A DNA stretch of 64,000 nt from Escherichia coli (lineage in GTDB: Bacteria; Pseudomonadota; Gammaproteobacteria; Enterobacterales; Enterobacteriaceae): assembly GCF_030013205.1 (NCBI RefSeq), contig NZ_CP122648.1, one strand, 5' to 3'. The position numbers were made by a program, and so were the translations under genes. The notes under the pieces were generated by a model that worked only from the letters and a program-made list of their open reading frames with translations, ran no database searches and was not told the DNA's origin. Of this stretch, positions 52,366 to 62,704 are shown in pieces. Position 1 is the first letter of the stretch, and the number at the start of each line of letters is the position of its first letter.

Positions 52366-53211
52366 TCAGCCACGTCTTGCACGCTGGATGTCGCGTATCC
52401 GCTGTTTTTCTGCGCGCGCCATCAGATACCAGGCGATAAATCCGACAATTCCGACCGCACCGAGGATCAATGTTGCCAGGGCGTTGATTTCCGGATTCAC
52501 CCCCATCCGCACGCTGGAAAAGACCAGCATCGGTAACGTGGTGGCTCCCGGCCCGGAAACAAAGCTGGCGATCACCAGATCATCAAGCGACAAAGTAAAA
52601 GCCAGTAACCAACCAGAAATGATCGCGGGCATGATCATCGGTAGCGTAATGACGAAAAACACTTTCAGCGGCGTCGCACCGAGATCCATCGCTGCTTCTT
52701 CTATCGAGCTATCCAGTTCCCGCAGACGCGACGAAATAACGACTGCCACATAAGCCGTACAGAAAGTGACATGCGCCAGCCAGATGGTGAGCATACCGCG
52801 GTCCGCAGGCCAGCCAATGGCATGAGCAAGCGCGACGAATAACAACAATAGCGACAAGCCCGTGATGACATCTGGCATCACCAGCGGCGCGGTGATCATA
52901 AAGGCAAAGCCATTTGATCCGCGAAACCTGCCAAAGCGCACCAGCACGACCGCCGCAATCGTCCCGAGGATCGCCGCCGCCGTCGCCGCACAGGCCGCAA
53001 TTGTCAGGCTTAAACCAACCGCACTCATCATTGCGTCATCGCGCAATAACTCACCATACCAGCGTGTTGACCAGCCGGCCCACACCGTCACCAGCTTCGA
53101 GCTGTTGAATGAATAGATCACCAGCATCAGCATTGGCGCGTAGAGAAAGGTGAAGCCCAGCAGCAAAATCACAATCCGCCAGGGCGAACGAACTACCGGT
53201 AAATTATTCAT
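52366..53211 (-). CDS. potI: Putrescine ABC transporter permease PotI (281 aa)
   Basis: MNNLPVVRSPWRIVILLLGFTFLYAPML... I trimmed the start. The gene overlaps the potH stop. Confidence 0.95.
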   Translation of the reverse strand: MNNLPVVRSPWRIVILLLGFTFLYAPMLMLVIYSFNSSKLVTVWAGWSTRWYGELLRDDAMMSAVGLSLTIAACAATAAAILGTIAAVVLVRFGRFRGSNGFAFMITAPLVMPDVITGLSLLLLFVALAHAIGWPADRGMLTIWLAHVTFCTAYVAVVISSRLRELDSSIEEAAMDLGATPLKVFFVITLPMIMPAIISGWLLAFTLSLDDLVIASFVSGPGATTLPMLVFSSVRMGVNPEINALATLILGAVGIVGFIAWYLMARAEKQRIRDIQRARRG

Positions 53212-54161
53212 CCGTGTTCTCCCACGCTTTTTTGCTGATGCTTGTGGAACCACATTATCGGCACAATTAGCAGCAGCAACATGATGATCGCTACCGCTGA
53301 GGCCACCGGCCAGTCGCGATTGTTAAAGAACTCCTGCCATAGCACGCGCCCGATCATGATGCTGTCCGGGCCACCGAGCAGTTCAGGGATCACAAACTCG
53401 CCCACAGCCGGGATAAACACCAGCATCGATCCGGCAATAATCCCGCCTTTGGTCAGCGGCACGATCACAGTAAAGAACGTTTTCAGCGGTCTTGCACCGA
53501 GATCCAGTGCCGCTTCCACCAGCGAATAATCAATACGAATCAAGGCGGTGTAGATCGGCAGCACCATAAACGGCACGTAGGCATAAACAATGCCGATATA
53601 AACGGCCAGATTGGTACGCAGAATGGTCAGCGGCTGGTCGATAACCCCCAGCCACAGCAGAAAATTATTCAGTACGCCGTTATTTTTTAATATTCCCATC
53701 CAGGCATAAACGCGAATCAGAAACGAGGTCCACGACGGCAGGATCACCAGTAGCAATAAGATATTACGGGTCGAAGGCTTACTGTGCGCCACCGCCCACG
53801 CCAGCGGATAGCCGATCAGTAAACAGCAAATAGTCGAAATCGCCGCCACCTGTAGCGACTGGAGATAAGCATCGAAATAGAGCGGATCGTCGGTCAGTTG
53901 CAGGAAATTACCGAGATTAAGAGTGATGGAAAGTTGCCCGTCAGCCCACTCCATCAGTTCGGTATAAGGTGGAATGGCGCGCGCCATCTCCGCCAGGCTT
54001 ATTTTAAAGACAATCAGAAATGGCAGCAGAAACAGCAGGATTAGCCAGATATACGGCAGCGCAATCACCAGTTTGCGCCCATGCTTCATTTGCAGCTGCG
54101 ACAACCACAGCTTAAATCCGCCCGGCGGTTTCGACTGGGCAGCAGGTTCAAGTGTACTCAT
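53208..54161 (-). CDS. potH: Putrescine ABC transporter permease PotH (317 aa)
   Basis: MSTLEPAAQSKPPGGFKLWLSQLQMKHGRKLV... Confidence 0.95.
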   Translation of the reverse strand: MSTLEPAAQSKPPGGFKLWLSQLQMKHGRKLVIALPYIWLILLFLLPFLIVFKISLAEMARAIPPYTELMEWADGQLSITLNLGNFLQLTDDPLYFDAYLQSLQVAAISTICCLLIGYPLAWAVAHSKPSTRNILLLLVILPSWTSFLIRVYAWMGILKNNGVLNNFLLWLGVIDQPLTILRTNLAVYIGIVYAYVPFMVLPIYTALIRIDYSLVEAALDLGARPLKTFFTVIVPLTKGGIIAGSMLVFIPAVGEFVIPELLGGPDSIMIGRVLWQEFFNNRDWPVASAVAIIMLLLLIVPIMWFHKHQQKSVGEHG

Positions 54162-54170
54162 TTTTGCTCC

Positions 54171-55304
54171 TTAAACCGTCAGCACCACACAGCTGTCCAC
54201 TTCCCAGCACAAACGCACTTCATCGCCCCAGGTCGGTAACCCTTTACGATGACGATGGGCGTTTTGTAGCTGGGCGCTAATCATTTGCCCACTTTTCAGA
54301 CGAACGTGATACACCGAAAGATCGCCGAGATAGGCAATGTGTATCACCTCCCCCACCGCAAAATTGTAGCCGTCAGCAGGCGGTTGATCGCAAAGCATGA
54401 TTTTTTCCGGGCGAAGCGCCACATGCACCGGCACGTTATCGACCACCGAAGCATCTACATCGACTTTCAGTGGATGCACCAGCCCCGGCGAATAAAGCAC
54501 CAGACCATCTTCCTGGCGCTCTTTGAGTACACATTCAAAGACATTAACCGAGCCAATAAATTCAGCGCTATAGCGGGTGGTCGGATGCTCATAGATCTCT
54601 TCCGGTTCGCCAATCTGGACAAATTTCCCACGATTCATAATGGCGATGCGCCCCGCCATGGTCATCGCCTCTTCCTGATCGTGAGTAACCATCACGCAGG
54701 TCACACCGACACGCTCCAGAATATCCACCACTTCAAGCTGCATCCGGTCACGCAGCTTTTTATCCAGCGCGCCCATAGGCTCATCGAGCAGTAATAGTTT
54801 CGGGCGCTTGGCAAGGCTTCGGGCCAGTGCCACACGCTGTCGCTGACCGCCGGAAAGCTGATGCGGTTTGCGTTTGGCGAACTCCTGCATATGCACCAGG
54901 CCGAGCATCTCATTGACCCGGCTGGCAATTTCCGCTTTCGGTAGTTTGTCCTGTTTCAGGCCAAAAGCGATGTTCTGTTCCACGGTCATATGCGGAAACA
55001 GCGCGTAAGACTGAAACATCATATTGATGGGGCGCAGGTAAGGCGGAACCTGTGACAAATCGACGCCATCGAGCATAATCTGCCCGGCAGAAGGTTGTTC
55101 GAAACCTGCCAGCATACGCAGCAGCGTGGACTTGCCACAGCCGGATGCGCCCAGCAGCGCGAAGATTTCGCCTTTATAGATGGTCAGGCTGACATCATCG
55201 ACCGCATGCTGACCATCGTAAGATTTAGTCAGATTACGGATTTCTAATAGCGGCGTCAGCGCCTTACGGGTTTTCGCCTGCGGGCGAGGGATAGCGTCAT
55301 TCAC
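54171..55304 (-). CDS. potG: Putrescine ABC transporter ATPase PotG (377 aa)
   Basis: GTG start at 55304 (SD ggagag). (V/M)NDAIPRPQAKTRKALTPLLEIRNLTKSY..., Walker A GASGCGKST. Confidence 0.93.
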   Translation of the reverse strand: MNDAIPRPQAKTRKALTPLLEIRNLTKSYDGQHAVDDVSLTIYKGEIFALLGASGCGKSTLLRMLAGFEQPSAGQIMLDGVDLSQVPPYLRPINMMFQSYALFPHMTVEQNIAFGLKQDKLPKAEIASRVNEMLGLVHMQEFAKRKPHQLSGGQRQRVALARSLAKRPKLLLLDEPMGALDKKLRDRMQLEVVDILERVGVTCVMVTHDQEEAMTMAGRIAIMNRGKFVQIGEPEEIYEHPTTRYSAEFIGSVNVFECVLKERQEDGLVLYSPGLVHPLKVDVDASVVDNVPVHVALRPEKIMLCDQPPADGYNFAVGEVIHIAYLGDLSVYHVRLKSGQMISAQLQNAHRHRKGLPTWGDEVRLCWEVDSCVVLTV

Positions 55305-55398
55305 GGCTGCTCTCCGGCATTGAATGTGTGCAAGCGCACCATAATGGTGCGAATTGCCGGCGGGTGTGGTGCGCCCGTCCGGCATCTACGACTGCGGA

Positions 55399-56511
55399 TT
55401 ATTTTCCGCTCTTCACTTTGGTCCACGCGCGGGTGCGCACACGGTCTATTTTTGGATCCTGCACTTTCAGAGTGAACAACTTCGCACGAACGTCCGCCGG
55501 AGGATAAATCCCTGGATTATCACGCACTTCCGCGCTTACCAGCGGCGTAGCTTCTTTGTTCGCGTTGGCATAGAACACATGGTCGGAAATATGCGCCACC
55601 ACATCCGGGCGCAGCAGGTAATTCAGGAACTGATAGGCTTCGTCTTTATTTTTGGCATCCGCAGGCATGGCGAAGACATCAAAGAACGCCATCGCCCCTT
55701 CTTTCGGAATCGAGAACGAGACATTAACGCCATTTTTCGCTTCCTTCGCGCGGTTTGACGCCTGCCAGACATCGCCCGCCCAGCCAATAGCGACGCAGAT
55801 ATCGCCGTTTGCCAGGTCGTTAATGTATTGAGATGAATGGAAATAACGAATGTTCGGGCGCAGCTTTAACAGCAGATCGGTTGCCGGTCCGGTGTAATCA
55901 TCTGCTTTAGTGCTGTTGGGATCTTTACCGAGATAATTCAGCACGGTAGCAAACACTTCTTCCGGTGCATCAAGGAAAGAGACGCCGCAGCTTTTCAGTT
56001 TTTCCAGATTTTCAGGCTTGAGGATCAAGTCCCAGCTATCGACGGGCGCGTTTTCGCCCAGCACCGCTTTAACTTTATCAACGTTATAGCCAATCCCGGT
56101 CGTCGCCCACATATAGGGCATAGCAAATTTATTGTCGGGATCGTGTTTGGCAACCAACTTCAGCAGCTCCGGATCGAGATTCTTCCACTCCGGCAATTTG
56201 CTTTTGTCCAGCGGCTGGAAAACTCCCGCAGTCAACTGGCGTTCAAGAAAGCTTGCTGACGGCACCACCAGGTCAAAGCCGGTGCTACCCGCCATTAATT
56301 TGCCTTCCAGTACTTCGTTAGAGTCGAAAACATCGTAGACGACTTTAATACCGGTTTCTTTTTCAAAATTGGCTACCGTGTCCGGGGCGATATAATCAGA
56401 CCAGTTATAAATGTGAAGTGTTTTTTGTTCAGCCGCGAGCGTGCCGACAGAGACGGCCATCAGAGCACCCGTAACCAGACCCGATAGCCATTTTTTATTT
56501 AAGGCGGTCAT
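55399..56511 (-). CDS. potF: Periplasmic putrescine-binding protein PotF (370 aa)
   Basis: MTALNKKWLSGLV...AAEQKTLHIYNWSDYIAPDTV... I trimmed the start to the known Met. Confidence 0.95.
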   Translation of the reverse strand: MTALNKKWLSGLVTGALMAVSVGTLAAEQKTLHIYNWSDYIAPDTVANFEKETGIKVVYDVFDSNEVLEGKLMAGSTGFDLVVPSASFLERQLTAGVFQPLDKSKLPEWKNLDPELLKLVAKHDPDNKFAMPYMWATTGIGYNVDKVKAVLGENAPVDSWDLILKPENLEKLKSCGVSFLDAPEEVFATVLNYLGKDPNSTKADDYTGPATDLLLKLRPNIRYFHSSQYINDLANGDICVAIGWAGDVWQASNRAKEAKNGVNVSFSIPKEGAMAFFDVFAMPADAKNKDEAYQFLNYLLRPDVVAHISDHVFYANANKEATPLVSAEVRDNPGIYPPADVRAKLFTLKVQDPKIDRVRTRAWTKVKSGK

Positions 56512-56861
56512 ATCTCTTTCCTTCTGAAAGTTCGTTAACAAACGAACAAAAGTTGTCACACTGAAAGATATGCAATAAACGTGCATATTTTTTATCGGCG
56601 CGGTGTAAGAAAAGAGAACTCTCTCCCGGCCAGCACTGCTCGCTATATAAAAGCATCGCAAGAATAACTTTAGCCAGGGTTTGAGACTATAGCTCGGATT
56701 AAAAAACGGTATTTAACAAATTTTTATGCGTATTTGCTCTATGTGATAAAGCCAAATCGGCACAAGAGAAGTGAAATAATCTTTAAGAAAAGGTTAAAAA
56801 CAGCAGATAATTTTGCAGCACGCAGTCACTGCGGCAGCGACTGCGTACTCGAAAGGAGTTA

Positions 56862-57338
56862 TCAGTGGAGGAAATAGTTTTCGGTAACGTTGTTTTGCCC
56901 TTCATCGTCAGTCGGTAACAGCAGTTGATGGGCATTAGCTTCAAGAATGACCATCGAAATCTGCTCTTCGCTCTGACGCACGAACCATGCAAACTGCTCA
57001 TAGGTTACGCCATGCATAACGGATAAAGACTGGCAAACCACCAGCTTTGGCAGATTATCATCCTGCATATCAAGAAATGCTTTCACGGTCAGCGAACTGG
57101 CATTGATGGCAGATAAATCTGCCGCCAGGGGCAATACGGCTGAAGGTCGGACTTCCGCCATGGCAGAAAACAGGATCGTGTTATCGATCAGATCGATTTT
57201 GGCATCAAAGACACCGTCGAAATTCTGCATATGGGGCAGATGCAGAGCCTGACAGTTATCACATTCAAAAAAACTCATCCCCAGGTCATCGAGCCATTGA
57301 CGCAGCGTATCCAGACCAGGAACGACCAGCGATGTCAT
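56862..57338 (-). CDS. ybjN: Putative sensory-transduction/chaperone-like protein YbjN (158 aa)
   Basis: MTSLVVPGLDTLRQWLDDLGMSFFECDNCQALHLPHMQNFDG... Confidence 0.94.
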   Translation of the reverse strand: MTSLVVPGLDTLRQWLDDLGMSFFECDNCQALHLPHMQNFDGVFDAKIDLIDNTILFSAMAEVRPSAVLPLAADLSAINASSLTVKAFLDMQDDNLPKLVVCQSLSVMHGVTYEQFAWFVRQSEEQISMVILEANAHQLLLPTDDEGQNNVTENYFLH

Positions 57339-57425
57339 AATTTTGTACAACCTCTTTCGATAAAAAGACCGGCACAGCTTACGCAAAAAGCGCAGGCAAA
57401 ACCATGATCAGTAATGTGATTGCGA

Positions 57426-58328
57426 CTAACCACCCGTTTTCAGGCAATATTCTGTCGTAGCGTGGCGTTCGATCCAGCGGATCATTTTACCCGCGATGTC
57501 GATACCGGTGGTTTTTTCTATTCCTTCCAGCCCCGGCGACGCATTCACTTCCATCACCAACGGCCCGCGATTAGCACGCAAAATATCTACACCAGCAACA
57601 TCCAGCGCCATCGTTCGCGCGGCTTTTATCGCGATTTCACGCTCCTGTGGTGTGATACTGGCGACGCTTGCCGCGCCGCCACGATGCAAATTGGAACGAA
57701 AATCGCCCTCTTTCGCCCGCCGTTCAATCGCAGCGACCACTTCATCGCCAACAACCAGACAGCGGATATCGCACCCTTGCGCCTCTTTGATATATTCCTG
57801 CACCAGAATATGCGCGTTCAGACCGCGGAAAGCGTCAATCACGCTTTCGGCCGCCTGACGCGTCTCCGCCAGCACGACGCCAATTCCCTGCGTGCCTTCA
57901 ACCAACTTGACCACCAGCGGCGCACCACCGACCATGTCGATTAAATCGCTGGTATCATCCGGCGAATGCGCAATGCCCGTGACAGGCAGGTCGATGCCCT
58001 GACGCGCCAGCAGTTGCATGGAACGCAATTTGTCACGCGCCCGGGCAATGGCGACCGACTCATTGAGCGGATAGCTCCCCAGCATTTCGAACTGGCGCAG
58101 TGCCGCCGTCCCATAAAAGGTAATGGCGGTACCAATACGCGGGATCACAGCATCAAAATGGGGTAACTTGCGGCCTTTGTAGTGAATAGAAGACGCCGCA
58201 GGATTTATGTTCATGTAGCAAGAAAGCGGATCAAGAATTTCAACCAGGTGACCACGCTGTATAGCGGCTTCACGCAGCCGCTTACACGAATAGAGCGTTC
58301 CATCCCGGGACAATATGGCAATTTTCAC
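57426..58328 (-). CDS. rimK: Ribosomal protein S6 L-glutamate ligase RimK (300 aa)
   Basis: [41 protein letters not shown]... (ATP-grasp fold). Confidence 0.96.
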   Translation of the reverse strand: MKIAILSRDGTLYSCKRLREAAIQRGHLVEILDPLSCYMNINPAASSIHYKGRKLPHFDAVIPRIGTAITFYGTAALRQFEMLGSYPLNESVAIARARDKLRSMQLLARQGIDLPVTGIAHSPDDTSDLIDMVGGAPLVVKLVEGTQGIGVVLAETRQAAESVIDAFRGLNAHILVQEYIKEAQGCDIRCLVVGDEVVAAIERRAKEGDFRSNLHRGGAASVASITPQEREIAIKAARTMALDVAGVDILRANRGPLVMEVNASPGLEGIEKTTGIDIAGKMIRWIERHATTEYCLKTGG

Positions 58329-58388
58329 CCTGCACCTCTCTGTCAGACCTGGTCAAAAGCCCGCGTATCATACATCGGCGTGGCGGTT

Positions 58389-59110
58389 TTAGCGCGTCGC
58401 CCAACCCTGTTTGTGCAAATAATCCAGTATAAATGGGCGGCTTTCTTTAATGATTGTTCGGCGGATATGATCGCTCCAGGTATCCCGGCGATTATTGCTG
58501 CCACGTGTGAGGTAATATTCCGCCAGTTGTTCGTCATACTGCGCCAGTGCGTCTTTATCCAGCGGTTGATAGCTGTTTTCATGCACCAAAATGGAGGACG
58601 GTAAACGCGGCTTAAGATCCGGATTATCCGCAGGCCAGCCAAGGCACAGCCCAAACAGCGGCAGAACATGCTGCGGTAATTTCAGCAGCTCCGTCACCGC
58701 TTCAATATTATTGCGCAGGCCGCCGATATATACCCCGCCCAATCCCAGCGATTCCGCTGCGGTTAATGCATTCTGCGCCATCATTGCCGTATCAACGACA
58801 CCGAGCAACAGTTGTTCCGCCAGGCCAAGTTGTGCATCCGGACAGATCTGTAAATGGCGGTTAAAGTCGGCACAGAACACCCAGAACTCCGCCGCTTGCG
58901 CTACGTGTTTTTGCCCGCCGGTCAGCGTCACCAGTTCATCACGTAACGCTTTGTCGGTAATGCGAATAATGCTACTGCACTGCAAAAACTGGAACTGGAC
59001 GTCGCACGGGCGCTGTTAATAATCGCCTCACGCTGCGCTTCGGAAATGGGTTCATCAGTGAAATGGCGAATGGAGCGATGGCCACAAATAAGTTCAATGG
59101 TTGGCGTCAT
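58389..59110 (-). pseudogene. nfsA: nfsA (oxygen-insensitive NADPH nitroreductase A) disrupted by a -1 frameshift
   Basis: Two track ORFs (59110-58928 and 58985-58389) cover NfsA residues 1-42 and ~43-240 in different frames. The coding-strand run reads agtttttgcag (T5; plus-strand A5 at 58984-58988). Reading ...SSSSFLQCSS... requires T6. The interval is 722 nt, against 723 nt for an intact 240-codon gene plus its stop. Confidence 0.9.
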
Positions 59111-59381
59111 TATCTTTTTCTCTTTCTGAACGTGAATATTGCGGTGGACGGTTCATCAGCTGTGGGGCAAGACGTTTTGCCACCTGAAGAATAACCACCA
59201 CCGCAGCGGGAAGCATGAGCAAAACACCGAGAAAAATCATCAGAATCTGCACTTCTGGCCGAGAAAATGGCTCAGGCAGCGACAGGGAGCCGCTTACCGA
59301 CAGCAGCGCCACCGCCAGCAACATCATTCCGATAAATTCCAGTATCAACACGCTTTTAGGCAATTTACCGATCGCGCGCAT
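59094..59381 (-). CDS. ybjC: Inner-membrane protein YbjC (95 aa)
   Basis: MRAIGKLPKSVLILEFIGMMLLAVALLSV... It lies upstream of nfsA and overlaps it. Confidence 0.93.
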   Translation of the reverse strand: MRAIGKLPKSVLILEFIGMMLLAVALLSVSGSLSLPEPFSRPEVQILMIFLGVLLMLPAAVVVILQVAKRLAPQLMNRPPQYSRSEREKDNDANH

Positions 59382-59540
59382 ACGCTTCCCTCTGCAAAGT
59401 GAGCCTTCAGTCTAAAACTTTTCACTGTATTGTGTTTAACAGTTATAGCTTTTAGCAATTAATGCAACAGGTTAAACCTACTTTCAGCGAATACATTTTA
59501 GCGTGATCATTACAGGCATAAATCTATGAGGAGAGAAATA

Positions 59541-59798
59541 ATGCAAACCGTTATTTTTGGTCGTCCGGGTTGCCCTTACTGTGTGCGTGCAAAAGATCTG
59601 GCTGAGAAATTGAGCAATGAACGCGATGATTTTCAGTATCAGTATGTAGATATTCGTGCGGAAGGGATCACTAAAGAAGATCTACAACAAAAGGCAGGTA
59701 ACCCCGTAGAAACCGTGCCGCAGATTTTTGTCGATCAGCAACATATCGGCGGCTATACCGATTTTGCTGCATGGGTGAAAGAGAATCTGGACGCCTGA
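59541..59798 (+). CDS. grxA: Glutaredoxin 1 (85 aa)
   Basis: MQTVIFGRPGCPYCVRAKDLAEKLSNERDDFQYQYVDIRAEGITKEDLQQKAG... (CPYC active site). Confidence 0.96.
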   Translation: MQTVIFGRPGCPYCVRAKDLAEKLSNERDDFQYQYVDIRAEGITKEDLQQKAGNPVETVPQIFVDQQHIGGYTDFAAWVKENLDA

Positions 59799-59827
59799 TC
59801 GTCTGACAAGCCCTCGCGTTGAGGGCT

Positions 59828-60205
59828 TTATTGATTTTTTCTGTGCTGTGGTTTAAACAAACTACTGATAAATAAGAAACACAGTGCCCCCAGCGCACAC
59901 CAGAACACCGCACTTAATAACCATGCCAGCTCTTGCCAGAATGAGCGCGTCGGTGAAAAAAACAGCCGCATAATAAGCATTGAACAGGGTGCCGCCAGCA
60001 TTGCGCCAAACAGAGGTTTCAGGACTTCTCTACGCTGTGAAAAGAAGCTGGCAACTGCTCCAGGAAGAATGAAAAACAGCAAGCCGATTTCAGGATGCCC
60101 GGCAGCCCGAAAAGCGCCTTTCATGTGCGTCGCCAGAAAAAGGCACACCACAATGAAGAGGACAAAACAGCAGATTGCCCCCGCCCAACGTTGTTTATGT
60201 TTCAC
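59828..60205 (-). CDS. ybjM: Inner-membrane protein YbjM (125 aa)
   Basis: I recognise the sequence and context. The protein has four hydrophobic segments. Confidence 0.9.
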   Translation of the reverse strand: MKHKQRWAGAICCFVLFIVVCLFLATHMKGAFRAAGHPEIGLLFFILPGAVASFFSQRREVLKPLFGAMLAAPCSMLIMRLFFSPTRSFWQELAWLLSAVFWCALGALCFLFISSLFKPQHRKNQ

Positions 60206-60474
60206 TCGTTCCTCCTGACACTGCGTCTATCGAACACATTTTTCGCCAGTGTGGCGTTCAGTAAGATAAAGCCGCTTCGCATTCCATGCTAATATAGGCC
60301 AACGCAATTCATATAGCCGTTGATACCTAATGTGATTACACTAGTAAAATATATTGTTACTTTACTATCGTTTAGGTGCGCTGAATGAATCTGCGCCCTG
60401 AATTCTGGTAAAAAACATTATCGTAAATTACCATTTCTTTCAACAGCTTACTAGTAAACAAGAAGTTAGCCTCC

Positions 60475-62160
60475 GTGAATATAAACGTCGCCGAATTGTT
60501 AAATGGGAATTACATTCTGTTATTATTTGTGGTCCTCGCGCTTGGGCTATGTCTCGGGAAATTACGACTTGGTTCGATCCAACTGGGTAATTCCATTGGC
60601 GTTTTAGTCGTATCGCTGTTATTAGGCCAACAACATTTCAGCATTAACACCGACGCGCTTAATCTTGGCTTTATGCTGTTTATTTTCTGCGTCGGGGTCG
60701 AAGCCGGACCGAACTTTTTTTCCATTTTTTTTCGCGATGGGAAAAATTACCTAATGTTAGCACTGGTGATGGTTGGCAGTGCGCTGGCCATCGCCTTAGG
60801 GTTAGGTAAGCTGTTTGGCTGGGATATTGGCCTGACGGCCGGTATGTTAGCAGGCTCTATGACGTCAACACCGGTTCTGGTCGGTGCTGGCGATACACTG
60901 CGTCATTCCAGCATGGAAAGCAGGCAGCTCTCACTGGCACTGGATAATCTGAGCCTCGGGTATGCCTTAACCTATTTAATCGGTCTGGTGAGTTTGATTG
61001 TTGGTGCGCGTTACTTGCCGAAATTGCAGCATCAGGACTTACAGACCAGCGCCCAGCAAATCGCCCGCGAACGTGGCCTGGACACAGATGCCAACCGTAA
61101 GGTTTATTTGCCGGTGATCCGCGCCTACCGCGTCGGCCCGGAGCTGGTAGCCTGGACCGACGGCAAAAATCTGCGTGAACTGGGTATTTATCGACAAACT
61201 GGCTGTTACATTGAACGTATTCGACGTAACGGGATTCTGGCAAATCCAGACGGTGATGCCGTGCTACAAATGGGCGATGAAATAGCGTTGGTAGGCTATC
61301 CCGACGCCCATGCCCGACTCGATCCCAGCTTCCGTAACGGTAAAGAAGTTTTCGATCGTGACCTTCTCGACATGCGTATCGTCACTGAAGAAGTAGTCGT
61401 TAAAAACCATAACGCTGTTGGCAAACGCCTGGCACAACTGAAGTTGACCGATCACGGTTGCTTCCTTAACCGCGTCATACGTAGCCAGATTGAGATGCCG
61501 ATTGATGACAACGTCGTGCTTAACAAAGGTGACGTTTTACAAGTCAGCGGCGATGCCCGCCGCGTAAAAACCATCGCCGATCGCATCGGCTTTATCTCGA
61601 TTCACAGCCAGGTCACTGACTTGCTGGCATTCTGCGCCTTCTTTGTGATTGGGCTAATGATCGGGATGATCACCTTCCAGTTCAGCACATTCAGTTTCGG
61701 TATGGGGAACGCTGCCGGGTTGTTATTCGCCGGAATTATGCTGGGCTTTATGCGTGCTAACCACCCGACCTTCGGTTACATTCCGCAGGGTGCATTAAGC
61801 ATGGTGAAGGAGTTCGGCTTGATGGTGTTTATGGCAGGCGTTGGTCTGAGCGCTGGTAGCGGTATTAATAACGGCCTGGGCGCGATTGGCGGTCAAATGT
61901 TGATTGCCGGATTGATTGTCAGTCTGGTGCCCGTGGTTATCTGTTTCTTGTTCGGTGCTTATGTATTGCGAATGAACCGCGCACTGTTGTTCGGCGCAAT
62001 GATGGGCGCACGCACCTGCGCGCCGGCAATGGAGATCATCAGTGATACAGCTCGCAGTAACATCCCGGCGCTGGGCTATGCGGGCACCTACGCAATCGCC
62101 AACGTCCTGCTGACGCTGGCAGGGACAATCATCGTCATGGTATGGCCAGGATTAGGATAA
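60475..62160 (+). CDS. ybjL: Putative AAE-family transporter YbjL (561 aa)
   Basis: GTG start. Two transmembrane halves flank tandem TrkA-C domains. Confidence 0.94.
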   Translation: MNINVAELLNGNYILLLFVVLALGLCLGKLRLGSIQLGNSIGVLVVSLLLGQQHFSINTDALNLGFMLFIFCVGVEAGPNFFSIFFRDGKNYLMLALVMVGSALAIALGLGKLFGWDIGLTAGMLAGSMTSTPVLVGAGDTLRHSSMESRQLSLALDNLSLGYALTYLIGLVSLIVGARYLPKLQHQDLQTSAQQIARERGLDTDANRKVYLPVIRAYRVGPELVAWTDGKNLRELGIYRQTGCYIERIRRNGILANPDGDAVLQMGDEIALVGYPDAHARLDPSFRNGKEVFDRDLLDMRIVTEEVVVKNHNAVGKRLAQLKLTDHGCFLNRVIRSQIEMPIDDNVVLNKGDVLQVSGDARRVKTIADRIGFISIHSQVTDLLAFCAFFVIGLMIGMITFQFSTFSFGMGNAAGLLFAGIMLGFMRANHPTFGYIPQGALSMVKEFGLMVFMAGVGLSAGSGINNGLGAIGGQMLIAGLIVSLVPVVICFLFGAYVLRMNRALLFGAMMGARTCAPAMEIISDTARSNIPALGYAGTYAIANVLLTLAGTIIVMVWPGLG

Positions 62161-62203
62161 AACTGAAGTTGCCCTGAAAATGAAATTTTTTTGCACAACC
62201 GCA

Positions 62204-62230
62204 GAACTTTTCCGCAGGGCATCAGTCTTA
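62204..62230 (+). promoter_or_regulatory. Sigma-E promoter of rybB
   Basis: GAACTT (62204-62209), 16 nt, TCTTA (62226-62230), with the sRNA 5' end 6 nt downstream. This fits the sigma-E consensus GGAACTT-N16-TCnaA. Confidence 0.8.
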
Positions 62231-62236
62231 ATTAGT

Positions 62237-62315
62237 GCCACTGCTTTTCTTTGATGTCCCCATTTTGTGGAGCCCATCAACCCCGCCATTTCGGTTCAAG
62301 GTTGGTGGGTTTTTT
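62237..62315 (+). ncRNA. rybB: Sigma-E-dependent Hfq-binding sRNA RybB (~79 nt)
   Basis: GCCACTGCTTTTCTTTGATGTCCCCATTTTGTGGAGCCCATCAACCCCGCCATTTCGGTTCAAGGTTGGTGGGTTTTTT. I recognise this as RybB, including its terminator hairpin and U-tail. Confidence 0.93.
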
Positions 62316-62395
62316 GTTGCCTAAAATTTATGCCTTTTAAAATCATGATATTAGAAGCACTGTTTTTTAACGATGGCGACAAAATGGCGGCAGCG

Positions 62396-62614
62396 TCAAA
62401 GAGAGAGCGCCACCTGTCCTGATTTCATTGGATGCGGCTGAACCGGATTTGACTCTTTTGGCGTTGCAATCGAACGAACAAAAGTTTCATGGGTAACAAA
62501 AGTATGGCTGCAGTTAATGTTCTGGCACTGGTTGTAACGCTCTTTGGTCAATGAAGATACCTGAAAACTGCTGCGAGTATGGGCGGCACTTCCACACAGT
62601 GGGCAAATCATCAT
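62396..62614 (-). CDS. ogr: P2 Ogr-type zinc-finger late-gene activator (72 aa)
   Basis: MMICPLCGSAAHTRSSFQVSSLTKERYNQCQNINCSHTFVTHETFVRSI... compares with P2 Ogr MFHCPLCQHAAHARTSRYITDTTKERYHQCQNVNCSATF (CxxC...CxxxxC). I trimmed the start to the Met after the SD ggggaga. Confidence 0.9.
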   Translation of the reverse strand: MMICPLCGSAAHTRSSFQVSSLTKERYNQCQNINCSHTFVTHETFVRSIATPKESNPVQPHPMKSGQVALSL

Positions 62615-62704
62615 TTTTCGAGTTCTCCCCATTTTTGCTAAATTCACAATAATGATACCGCATTATTCCATTTTGCAAACTTAAAAGTTCTCCATTGCGA
62701 AGAA

